A program made the translations under genes and the position numbers. The notes beneath the pieces are model-generated. The model saw only the letters and a program-made list of their open reading frames with translations. It had not been told where the DNA came from and did no database searches. Shown piece after piece: positions 12,901 through 24,750 of a DNA stretch of 64,000 nt (positions within the stretch are counted from its first letter, which is position 1; every line of letters starts with the position of its first letter). Source of the DNA: Gnetum montanum (Eukaryota > Plantae > Gnetophyta); contig MNCI01001077.1 in NCBI GenBank assembly GCA_015680685.1, positions 439,627 to 503,626 of the forward strand, written 5' to 3'.

Positions 12901-13672
12901 GTAACAGAGGAAAGAGATGTTTACAAATCATCTTATGAGTTTGCAGCCACTAGGTTGGCAGGGGATAGTACTTGGCCAACTTCTGAGATCACCTAGGCTA
13001 GATACTGGAATGTTTTAGGCAGCAAAGTAAAGGTGACTCGGGAGCTAGCTGAGCAAAGGGCTCAAATCGATTTGCTAAACCAGAAATGCCAAGATTGGAA
13101 AGCCTTCGTTGCCAAGGTATGAAAATGGGGCGAGGAACAGAAAGACCACAAATACTAATACAAGAGATGGCTAAAAGAAGCATCTATTGAACAACGTTGG
13201 TTGGAAATGTTCGTTGAGGGTTTGGATCTACGATCCTCCTATGATAAGTTCATTGAGTGCACTGTAGTGGAGGAGTCTCCTAAGAGATCCATCACTACTG
13301 CTTCAGGGGAGGTTTTGGTAGGCCAATTTCCTCTTAAACATCCCACATGGACATCTATGAACAAGGGAAAAGCCATAGCCAATGTTGATTTAGGCCTCAA
13401 AGAAAACGATTGTTCATGTGTACCAGAAGAAGAGATTCTTCATCCTATAGAGTTCAGACTCAGACCTTCTTTGTCTATAAGTATTTTGGTCTTGTAACAT
13501 TTTTGTTATTTTCCAGTTAATGCTTTTTTTTTCATTTACTAATTAGTTGTTTTTTGTTTTGTACTTTCTATTTTTCGAAGGGACATGATGATGATGATGG
13601 TGGCCCCAGTGGAGCAAGACTCAATGACACAGATGAGTTTTGGGATCAAGCTCCTCCTAGCACTGATGTTTA
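9955..13672 (+). pseudogene. Antisense multi-exon accessory gene of element A: FCP1/NIF-like HAD domain + transposon-accessory domain + acidic/coiled-coil tail
   Basis: Inferred exons ~9955-10414, 10496-10767, 10856-11916, 12013-12306, ~12408-12612, 12695-~13480, ~13581-13672, mostly with GT..AG introns of 80-100 nt; peptide KRFLLVVELIGVL...WFRPGASEFLSFTLQGFSVVIW...YNSSSTLFL; homologous to copies in B and C. Confidence 0.75.
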
Positions 13673-14069
13673 ATTTAACTTGTTATTGTTGTTAGCTTAG
13701 TTATGTTTTTCTTTTTTTTTTGTGTTGAAATTTCATGGATTATATGAAAGCAAATGTATGATACAATGTTAACATTTGATATTATCCATTTATACATTTG
13801 TTTTTGCTTTTTTTATGTTATTCAAGTTTTTTTCTAATTTAAGTTTTGTCCAAACTTTTGTTAAACACAAGTGTAAACACAAAAAAAATTATATATATAT
13901 ATATATATTTTATTTTGTTATTTTAACTATTTCTAAATATAAGTGTGAATGTAACTAAAAAGATAATAGCATAGAAGAAATGTAAGGGGAATAGTAATTT
14001 GTAAAGCAAGGATGCAACTATGCATGCAAACAAAGAATGTAATTTTAAAGACATGGGAATGTAACTTGT

Positions 14070-14165
14070 CCTAGTTTAAGGCCATTTCGGGCCATGCATG
14101 TTAGTTTAAAGTTATGATGGGCTCTAGCAATGGCATTCTAGTTTAAGGCCATTTTTGGCTACAAG
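14070..14165 (+). repeat. Short repeats ctagtttaaggccatt between protease and the antisense gene
   Basis: About 3 copies; same motif at 7610-7695, 33745-33930 and 59650-59860. Confidence 0.6.
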
Positions 14166-14325
14166 AAAACAATAGAGATTTAAACTTTTTTAGTGGGTTT
14201 TAAAATAAACTAGTCATTGTAGACATGTGTTATTTTAAAGTATTTTCAAATAGTAGTACTTTAACATCATTGTAAACATGTAGTAGTTTAACATCATTGC
14301 AGACGTGCACAGAGGTGTCAACTAT

Positions 14326-17300
14326 TTAGTAATTTTCTGATTTTTTGTAGCTTGACATTAGGGTAGGAATGGTCGGTGTAATCCTGTATTCAGTGTCTCC
14401 TTCGCTTATTATGTTAAATGGTAATTCAGACCAAGAGACATCTATGTGGATGGCCCCTATGTCAGGATGTTTAGGTGTTTCTATGTTTTGCAACATTTCT
14501 ATGTCTGGTGATGTACCCACGGTTTGTGATGTTTCCATGTTTTCTGTGGGATCATGATTTGGAGATTGGTTGTTATTTTGGTGTTCAACGAGTGTGGCAT
14601 CCTGTTTAAGCTTGAGATTAATGACATCCTATTTAGGTTCATCGAGTTTGACCTCTGAGCCTTGGTTTATGTTTATGTGCGATGAAATGTTAGATGTAGC
14701 CACATCACCATGTATAATTATTTCACTACCCTCATAAGGTAGGTGAATCTCTTGGTGGATGGGTGAGGATACTACTTTTAATTGGGCTAACAATGGTCGT
14801 CCCAATATCAAGATAAACCCAAGCATCTCATCTACAACTATAAATTCTACTGACATGGGGAATCGGTCCCCTGCTATGAAATCCAAAGTTAGTATTTCTT
14901 TGACAACTATGCATGATCCACTGAACGATTGTAGGAATGTTGTGGAAGTTTGTTTGATTTGTTCAGTTAGCCCTAATTGTTCAATGATGGGGTATGGTAC
15001 TACGTTCATGGATGCTCCATCATCTACATGCACCCTATGTATTTTAAATTGATTTACTTGTATAGTTATAAACATGGATGCAGTGGTGACTCCTCCAATT
15101 TTTTCATCTATTTTTATATTATCCATGTTGAAGCCTAGTGATGTAGCTCTTGATCCTTGATATGGAGACATTACCGCATAAATGGAAGGTTCATTTGGAG
15201 GCAAGTCTTCGCTGACTGGAATCGATGTTAACATGCATACTAAGGCTTCATGATGAACTTCAGAAGTCAACATTAGGTCATACAAGCTTAAAGATGTGTT
15301 TTTTCGTTTAAGTGCCTATGTGACCTAAGTTAGGGCACTAGCCAAGTCTTTACTATTTGGTATGCTCTTGCTAGTTGAGGCTTGGTCCATTGGGCCTAAT
15401 AGTTTTATCTCTTGTGGAATGGTTTTCGTGTGGTCTAATGTGATGGTTGGGTTTGATGTATCTAGAATTCTTGATTTTTTTCTTTTGTGGCTCATGCTTG
15501 GCTCATCAGTTGTTGAAACCATAGGTATAGCATTTAAGGGAGTGGGTTTCAATGGCCCCAATTCATGACTTCAATGTTATTTTTTCAACTATTCCCTAGT
15601 AAGTCTGTTGGCGAGGCGTTCTCGCAAAGGTTGTGGGGGAACCGTTGGAGCTTGAACATCAGGTTGTTTTGGGACTCGGATTACGAATGGAGTGGGTTGG
15701 GGTTGTGGTAGAATAGTTGGACATGGTTGTGTGTTAGGGTGTTTAGGCACCCTGATGATGAATGGGGTTAGTTTGGTTTGTGGTCGAGGAGTTTGGGTAC
15801 CTTGATTACGAAGGGAGTTGGTCAGTATTGTGGTTGTACCTCCATGGTTGCAACGATGGGTGGTACCTAGACAACAAAGGGAGTGGGTTGGGTAGGCGAT
15901 TGCACATTTTTGGTTGCGTTGGCAGGGGGTACATGAATGACAAATGATTTTTGAGGTGTAGAAGGATTGTATGTGGGGTAAAAATATTGCGGGGATGATG
16001 TTGACGCTATAGGAGGGCCCCGAATCATGAAAGCTTTTCTGTGAATTCCTTGCTCATTTCGGACATGGATCTTGTTAATAACGTAAGGAGCTTCCTTATT
16101 ATTAAGGGGATCTTTCTACATGCCCATAATTGATTCTGTGGTTTAACAGGGTTAGCATCATCAAATGTTATTTCACACCTATCAATCATATGTTGTATGT
16201 CTTGTTTGAGGGTGAAACAATAATCATTACCATGCCTATTCCATTGATGGTACTCGCAAAATCAATCTAGTCTAAAGCCTCTTGGAATAGAAGGCTCATT
16301 TGGTGTTTCCAAGCTTGGGTTTTTGACCAATTCATAGAATCGGTCATGTTTCTACGCTGCCACTGGAGACAACTGCTTATGTTTAATGGCCCCAGTCTTC
16401 AAAAGTTGATCTAACAACTAGGAAGGCTTCATGGGGATCATTGTGTATTGAGCAGGGTCTTTCCTCTCGAACGTACGTGCATGACCTATGTTAGTATCTT
16501 GCATGGTAGATGGTTTAGGTGTGTGTGTAGGAGTGGTTCTCTCATAGTTAACAGGAGCAGTAGGTGGTCTACCTTGCTATCCCACGTTGGTAGGTTTAGT
16601 CTCTGTTACTGCTGCTACAATTGCTTTAGCCTTTTCTTTATCTTTTTTAGTGTGTTAAATTTTAAAGGTTGAGTAAGTAGGGTCATGGCTATATTGGGCT
16701 ACCTCTTCTATGTTTTTAATCTATACAAAATCTTGTCTTAGATTGCACACATTTAGATAGTACAATTTTGATTTGACAAAATCATTCATGGCTCCATTAA
16801 GAATCGTAAGAAGGTATGTTTTTGGGATTGGCTCATGAAGTTCGTTGAGTGCAGCACTCCATCTTTGGATGAATTTTTGTACAGGTTCAAGAAGTGCTTA
16901 TTTTACCTGTATCAGACTGTCCAAGGTTGCTTCGAGTTTTAGGTTGTATTTAAACCTAGTAATGAACTGGTGTAAGAGATCCTCCAAAGAGGATATGGAG
17001 TTACAAGGCAAGGCTCAGTACCAGTCTAATGCCCTACCAGTTAAATACATGTTGAACATCTGTAGGATTGCATGGGGCCAAGCTTGAAGCAACAAACATT
17101 CTAATCTGAATCTTACTAAGTGGGTGTTGGGGTCTCCTTCCCCATTATATTTTGTCAATTGAGGTAATGAAACTCCCTTGGGTAAAGTTAAGGATGGCAC
17201 CGACGAACTAATTGGATCATCTTGGTAGAATTTGAATACCTTAAGCTCTTTAGTGTTAATGGTTTTGAGGTGCTTTATCTCATCAGTGAGATCTTACATC

Positions 17301-18013
17301 ATATTTTTGGCTTCGGCCCATTCTTGGGCACTCGATGGAGTAGTAGGTTGATTAGTTTGAGTGCTATACAAGTTATACTACTGCACAGCTAGTGGGAATG
17401 ATGACTATTGAGTGGTTGATTCTTGTACTTGAGGGAAATTCATGGATGGAATTGTAGCTAGTGGTATGCTGTAATGAGTGGGTTGATGTGGTTGCATGCC
17501 AGTCATGGCCCACTATCTAGTTACAATTTATGAGGGAATGCCTTGAACCTGTTGAGTTGAAGTGGTGAAGGGTGTCCCTTGGATTTGCACTCGTGGAATA
17601 TAGTGGGTAGATGTAGAGGTAGGTATCACAAAAGGCATCCCAATTACTTAGAGTGGGAAGGTTGCTCCTACATTAGTTTGAGAGGGGGGTTTTTGAGGTT
17701 GTACTTGTAGGAGAGGTGATAATGTGGTGACTGGAGGAATGACAGAGATGGGTGCATTAAATTATGTATTAGTCATGGGGAGAGTGGGAATGAGAGTGGT
17801 TGCTTCCTGTTGAGGTACATGTGCTTGAGTGCTTTTAACTGCTTGAAAAGACATGGTCTCTCCTGTGAAAGGGTGAAATAATAGGTATGCATATGTATGA
17901 GGACTAAGAGTGTTGTACAAATCCCCATGTTCAGATTGAGCCCTGAAATTATCTTCCTCATCTCCATTTTGAGATTCTACAGTGGGTTGGCATGAGGTTT
18001 GGTTCCTTGCCAT
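14326..18013 (-). pseudogene. gag: gag-protease of element A
   Basis: KYNGEGDPNTHL...LTGRALDWY (capsid); CEYHQWNRHGNDYC..LKQDIQ knuckle-like motif (~16180-16260); VHVDDGASMNV...ILGRP protease (14629-15285). Confidence 0.9.
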
Positions 18014-19101
18014 GAGGAGTTTGGATAGGAGTTCATGGTAGGATTCAGTGAGTGGGATGACATCATAGGCACTGGGAGTGAAGTCATGACCTCCTTTGTA
18101 AATTAGCTCATAGTGTCTCTTTGTTTCTAGTTCATTTTGATCAACTACCAGGTTAGCCTAGATTTTAATGCAAATAAAGTTGTATTGTTCGGGCATTAGG
18201 ATGGTGAATGTGGGATCTCTACCTTGCAGTCTTAGTGACTAGTGACATGGCACCTGAGGATTTATCTCACCAATGGCAACTATGGACTTAGCAATGGTGA
18301 CGGGACTTGAGATTGTGATGCCAAGGTCGGTAATAAGCATGAAGGTGGTGTTGGTGTGCACACGGTCCATTGTCAAAGTGTCTAGATGTAACAACATAAG
18401 AGAAAGAAAATAAATGGCTAACTGTTAGAGAGAGGAAATATGATTAAGTGTTGAACAACATACAAAGGAATGTAGCGTATAAAAATGTACTACAACGTAT
18501 GCACACCAGAAGTAGCATACAAGGAGTTTCAAGAGGTACAACGTATAATTAATGTGCATAGCATATAAGGTAGGGTGAGGAGTAGCGTATGGTGCTAATG
18601 TTAAGAAAAATATGGTGTGAACGCCAAAGGAGTGGTGTAATATAGTGTGTGGCATATAAACAGAAATGTTGAAATATAAATGAATGATGATGTAGCATCT
18701 AACCTATAGAACAACATCTGGACGCTAGATGCGACATCTGGGTGAGAAAACTATGTGCTAGACATAGCTTTTAAGAAGAAAACTTAGATTTACATGCTGT
18801 GAATAGCATCAGAAAAGAGAGATAATTATGAGGGATGCTGTAAACAATGTCTAAAACTGGGAGAGAGTGCAAGACACTATGGGTAGCATCTAGATCTTAT
18901 AGAGGAAGGTGCAGGATGCTGTGATTTAATAGGAACGTGCCTGGAAAACTCTGAAACAACATCTGGACTGGAAAATAGGATTTATCAGCAAGAAATAGCA
19001 CTTGAATGCTGGGAACAAGGTAGTGTAGGAATGCTGACAATCATAGCAGTGTGTGAATGTTGGATCTAGGATGCTAAGTGGCAGATCTAAAATAGAAATG
19101 A

Positions 19102-19118
19102 CCCTCCTTCTAGCGCCA
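19102..19118 (-). promoter_or_regulatory. Primer binding site complementary to the 3' end of tRNA-Asn
   Basis: Minus strand TGGCGCTAGAAGGAGGG matches the plant tRNA-Asn(GUU) 3' end CCCTCCTTCTAGCG-CCA as I recall it; 7 nt from the LTR end. Confidence 0.85.
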
Positions 19119-19125
19119 ATTTACT

Positions 19126-20849
19126 GTACATCCAAAATTGTCAGCAAGAGGCTGGAATGAATGGACTTCAAGAGATCTATAGATGAAATAGTAACATCCT
19201 GGATTCACCTGAGGGTAAGCTGGAAATTAATGGAGGCAGATTGCCTTGAATGGTCCACATGCGGATCAAAGAAGGACTTCCCCAAACATACGCAATTACG
19301 ATGCATTGGGTTATACATAAACAAATGCGAAACTGAATGTAAACAAATGAAAATAAATGTAAACTATTTAAGTAATAAAAATAGTAAAAATTTGAACAAG
19401 AAAAATAATGTTAACTACAAGTATATGTGTAATAATGCAAAATTTTTGTATTGATAAACAATTACAATGTACACCGGTCAGAACACAATTACGGATTGGT
19501 TGCAAGGCGGATGTTTAGCCCTGATGGATGAGAACGGATGCTGGAAAGATGCAGGTTTTGAATTGTAGGTGTACAACATCCAAGTTTGTATGAAACCCAA
19601 CATATGAGCTTGATGCTTAGATTTCCTCAGTGTGTGAGATTCCAATTTTCCCCCTCCTCTCGATCTAGTGGAAAAATAGGAGATTTATAGGATTTTTGGC
19701 ATGGTATTCAGATCTGGGAGAAGATCAGCGACTGCGGGATGAGAGAAATTTAGATTGAGTGATAGGTGTGTGCATTGAATGGATGGAAGAAATGTTACAA
19801 TGTACAACATCTAGCATGACCAACATTTACGCTTGCGTATGAAACCCACAGTGTATGAACTTGGCACTCTGAAAGAATTTGAAATTTACAAAAGTATATT
19901 TATGTTACAAAAAAGAATTATGTCTCTAGCCTCTAGATATATGCTCTGGTGTGTTTTTTTCTTCATCAGTGTGTCTTGGAAGGCTTTGGCAAGTCTCAAC
20001 ATCGACGTCCAACATCCAGCATATGGGAATTCAATGTCACAAGTGCACACGTTGTATCATACGCTGCCATACACTGCTCAATGTGTGCAACAAAAATAGT
20101 GCATTTTGAATCCAATTTTGACCTTTGAAGCCTATTCTAAAGGTAGATCTGCATGTCTGATGTCTGAAGCATTCTTCAGGTCAAATTTGAGCCTATTTTA
20201 CCTTGGATTTGATGTTGTTTTAAATCACTTTGGGTTGGTTACGCTGGGCTCACGCTGGCCAGCATAAGCCTTAGCATGACCAAGTGAAACTACCATCTCT
20301 GAAGCTAGGTTCTATATGTTGATGCCTATTTCTTAATGTCCAAATGCTTCTTGTCCTCTAGGGTGCTCCAAATTCTATCTTTTGACTCATTTTGATGCAA
20401 TTTTGGGCCTGTTTTATGTGGTTACTCTGTTCATATGCTGTGCAATGTATGAAAAAGTAACCCCAGCGTAATCAAGTCAAAATGCCATATTTAAGGCCCA
20501 AATTTGTAGTTTTTGAAGCCTATGAACAAGTACAAGTGATTCTCATCCCTGTGGGTTGCTCTGGTGTCAAGGATGCTTCCTAGAACTACTTGTTTTACCC
20601 TATTTTTACTTGGTTACGCTGTGCTTACGCTATGTAGCATATGGAAATGTAGCTCCAACATAATCAAATAAAAATACATCATTTAAGGCCCAAATTTTGA
20701 TTTTCTAGAGGCTGGGAGTTGCTGGAGTCCTTGGTGAAGGCCATGGGGGGTCGTTGTGCTCAATTTCAACCTATTTTGACTCAGTTTTGGGTCTCCAAAA
20801 GTTGGTTACGCTAATCCTTACACTGTATGCCATGCTGATCCAAAGGTCA
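19126..20849 (-). repeat. 5' LTR of element A (~1.7 kb; no obvious similarity to the B/C-type LTRs)
   Basis: Minus-strand end ...tgtaCA next to the PBS; starts TGACC at the junction with D's pol frame; TATA-like at ~19683. Outer boundary inferred because there is no second LTR. Confidence 0.7.
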
Positions 20850-21707
20850 AATGTGCCACCACATTTGTTCGTAAGTTCTCCCACTTCGATTACCAAGTGG
20901 AAGGAGCCTATTACTTAGGCTATACATGTAGCCTCTATAAGTGCTATGGATACGTAGGAGTGGTATGCCAACATTAAAATCTACCTACAAGATGGTGAGC
21001 CCCCACACAGATTGACATCTACCAAGAGAGATGCGATCTACAAGCGTGCCTGGAAATATGTGCTTATGGGAGATAATGCCCTATGCAAATGCTCCTTTGA
21101 TGGAATATTTTTGGTATGTGTGAATGAGGAGCAAGCACAGAAGGTCATTAATGAGGTACACAAGGGACTTTGTGATGGACACATAGCACTTAGGGTACTA
21201 CTGGCCTCACATGGAGCATGATTACCTAGCCAAAGTCAAAACTTGTGATACATGCCAAAGATATGCAAATCTCATACATTTTTTAGCTAAATAATTGCAC
21301 CTAGCACATATCACGTGGCCTTTTTAGTGATGGGGACTAAACATCATAGGACCTATCACGCCTAAGTCTTTCGTAGGGCATAGCTTCATCATCACCACCA
21401 CTAAGTATTTTATGAAGTGGGTGGAGGCTATTCCTCTTAGAAAGACTACATCCCAGTAGGTTTTCCACTTCATCTTAGATAACATCATGAAGAGGTTTGG
21501 GCTTCCCATGATTATTGTGATCGACAACTAGCCACAATTTAGTAGTGCAGAAACTAAAGCCTTTTGCAACAATCTTTGCATTAGCTAGTCGTTAACCTCA
21601 CCATACTACCCCTATGAAAATGTACAAGTAGAAGCTATGAATAAGTCCATCATCAACTTGCTTAGGAAAATGCTTAATAACAGTAATAGAAGATGGCATG
21701 AGAAAAT
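20850..21707 (+). pseudogene. pol: Element D: pol fragment (end of aRH to integrase core)
   Basis: PPHLFVSLPTSIT..EWYANIK, EVHKGLCDGH, WGLNIIGP, KWVEAIPL, RRWHEK; cut by A on the left and E on the right. Confidence 0.88.
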
Positions 21708-22557
21708 TGTAGCGACTGAAAATGTCGATGGCTGGAAAATGTTGACTGGTCATCAGCCGTTGATAGTCTTAACCCCATTTCCACGAGAGGGATGTGATGG
21801 ATGGGATGGAAATAGGGTGCCCTGAATGGTCTAGTTGATCAGACAGGGAACTAGTCAATGTTAATATAACCTTTTGCAACATGTGATTTGAAAATGAGAC
21901 TAATAGTGTGAAGTAATGATTAAATGCAAAAGACATAGAAAATAGTGTAGAATGCAATAGTAAATAGAAGACAAAGTAAAATGCAGTTAGAAAAGTGCAC
22001 CGCTTCGAAGCTATGACCTCACTCTATCAAGATGGATACAATCGGTTGCATAGCACTAGGAAGTGCAAAGATCCCAAAAGTAACCAAGACGTGTAGAGTA
22101 AGGTGGCTATGCACTTGAACGTGGACTCAGGCATTAATAATGTGAAGTACTACCAAGGTGGTAGAAAAGAACAAGACAGAATGCCAAGAGAAAGAGATAA
22201 CTATTTACAATGTTAAACACAAAGCCTACAATGGTTGAGATTACAGTGCCAACTTTTTCATTGTCAACCAACTAGATTGTTAGCCAACCAAATTTCCAAG
22301 AGAATAGACTAGGGATTGAAAAGCTGCAAAGGAGGTCTATTGGACCAAGATGTTCGAAAAAAGGGAACCAAAGAGAGAGCTAGAAACCAAGCCAGAGAGA
22401 GAGTTTAAGTGTCATTCATTAGGGTATATATAGGACCAAGGGTGCACGAAAGATGCAGTTTCGATGCCATGTGCCCTGGTCTTATGCTGACCTGTCTATG
22501 CTACACGTGCTTGCATGACCATTGGGTGAGCCTTCCATGTCATAATTACAAGCCTTT
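21708..22557 (-). repeat. LTR E (3' portion), same family as C's LTR, inserted in D's integrase and interrupted by C
   Basis: Aligns with 22558-23370; minus-strand end ...gtcgctaCA at 21708. Confidence 0.8.
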
Positions 22558-24076
22558 TGTAGTGATAAAAAACATCGGTGGCTAGAAAACACCGAGGAGC
22601 TGTTGGTCGACCATGGTCTTAACCTCATCTATGTGGGAGGGCCGTGCTAGATGGGGATAAAAAGGAGGCATCCTGAATGATCTGGTCAATCAGAGAGGGA
22701 CTTAATCGGTGTCTATATAACCTTTTGCAACGTGTTACTTGAAAACAATACTAACAATGCAAAGAAATGCTTGAATGCAAAAGAAACAAAAAATAATATA
22801 TAATGCAATAGTAAACATGAGATAATGTAAAAAATGCAGTTAGAAAAGTGCACCACTTCCAAGCTATGACCTCACTTTTTCAATATGTATACAAATGGTT
22901 GCACAGCACTAGGAAGTGCAGAGATCCCAAGAGTAACCAAGATGTGTATAGAAAGAGGACTATGAGCTTGAACACAGACTTTGGCATTAACAATGCGAAG
23001 TACTACCAAGGTGGTAGAGAGGAGAAAAGCACAGTGCTAGCTAAGAATACTAACTATTTAAAATTTTAAACAGAAATCTTACAATGCTTGAGGTTACAAT
23101 GCCAACGTTTTTGCTCGTCATCCAACCAGACTATTAGCTTACCTAATTGGTAAGAGAACAAACTGGGGGGACTGAGAATTTTGAGAACAGGGATGTGAAA
23201 AGTGTGAAAAGTCTTTTGAGCATCACTCATTGGGATATTTATAGGATCAAGGATGTGCGAAAGATGCGGTTTGAACGCCACGTGCCATGGGCTTATGTTG
23301 ACTTGTCTACGCTGCACGTGCCTGCATGACCATTTGGCGAACCTACCACATCGTAATTACAAACCTTCCATGCCATAATTACACTGTCAGAGCAACAGTG
23401 TAATTAGGTGAAGTGCATTGATTTCATGTAACGGCTCACCATGTCTTGCCATGCTTTGTAGCATAGCATGTTAGTGTAGCATAACATCTGGTTATGCATC
23501 TTGTTGCATGTGTAGGAAGCCTTTGAAGCATGTTGTGTGTTTGATGTATGTTTGCTATGCTATGCTATGCTACGTAGTGTAGCAACTAGCCTTAGTCACA
23601 AAAAGACGTTGTTAACCTACAAATTTTATCTTTTACTCTATGACACTTGTGGACTTGCTGATCCTACCCTTTGAGTCGCCTTCTGTCATTTTCGTAGAAT
23701 TGCTATGCCTCGTTGCACCTTGTATCTTAGCGTAGCGTATCAGCAAACATGACCTATTTTTGGTCATTTTTTCCACTTCCTAATGGAGGGAAACATTGCC
23801 GAAGGACTTCAGGTCGGGTGAACGGACTCGTCCATATTTTGCTATGTTGTGCTATGTTGCGTAGCGTAGCGTAGAAATGTGTTTCTAAAAACATCTTCTA
23901 TAGTTTTCTACACTACATGGCATAGCATAGTGTACCAAGACTCCTTAACTTAGAAAACTTGCTAAAGAGGATAGTCTAAGAATTAGAGCATCCATCTCTT
24001 GAATAACTACCGTAATGCTATGTGTGTTGCAAAGACCTAGTGAAGTAAGAATGTCTTAGAATTTTGGGGTGTTTCA
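22558..24076 (-). repeat. 3' LTR of element C (~1.52 kb)
   Basis: Minus strand TGAAACACCCC...cactaCA, preceded by PPT agaggggccaa (24077-24087); TATA at ~23236. Confidence 0.85.
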
Positions 24077-24619
24077 TTGGCCCCTCTATGTCGATGTCTA
24101 GAGGACTGCCTCGAGAGACATTAACAAAAAAAAACAAATCACGGAAGACACGATGATAACGTTGCCACTCGGTGACTGTCAAGATGTCTCTTGGCTATTC
24201 TTGAGAGTGTTACATTGGTTTCAGAGGTTTAGGTAGAGAGAAAATATCATGTTTAGCAGAGTCCCTCATCGGAGTGCTCATGAGGGACTCGTTCGCGTTT
24301 TTATCTTCACTGGCATTGTTCTACAACCTCTTCTAGGATAGGTGTTTCCTTCACAAGATGAGCTATGTTACATCTGTGAAGAGTTTTTACCTACTTATAG
24401 ATGCTTCCCATATGGCAAGTTGCGTTACGCACGTCATGGAATTTGCACTCTGAAGTAGTCAAGCTAGTTGAGGCACTCACTTCATGATGCTGTAGCATTT
24501 TCTATTGTGGCAAGTTGGACTCTTGACCACACCCTGTAAGTATGATAGAGAGAAAAATAGCCACGATGCAAAGTGAGAGAAGAAGGTCTTTCTTATCGTA
24601 GATGTTGCTGAAGCTCTTA

Positions 24620-24740
24620 TACACCCGTGCTGGTGCTTGTTTAACATCATAGCGAACGATGCTTGATGCTGCTAGTTTAACGTCATTGTAGATGCTACTC
24701 GTGGCTGCTAGTTTAACATCATTGCGGATGCTGCTCATTG
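24620..24740 (-). repeat. 36-bp tandem repeats just after the INT stop of C
   Basis: Three units reading (N/Y)DVK(L/Q)A on the minus strand. Confidence 0.75.
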
Positions 24741-24750
24741 TCGTTGTGCT

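Larger units (their letters stand above)
4500..20849 (-). mobile_element. Element A: Tat/Ogre-like Ty3/gypsy LTR retrotransposon, 3'-truncated within integrase
   Basis: Minus-strand order: LTR, PBS, gag, PR, spacer, RT, RH, aRH, partial INT. Confidence 0.9.

Noticed and set aside
9955-13672. Host gene trapped between transposons
   Set aside because: Homologues sit at the same internal position and relative orientation in three separate elements, so it belongs to the element.
19102-19118. tRNA gene
   Set aside because: Only the 3' 17 nt including CCA match; this is a PBS, with no cloverleaf.
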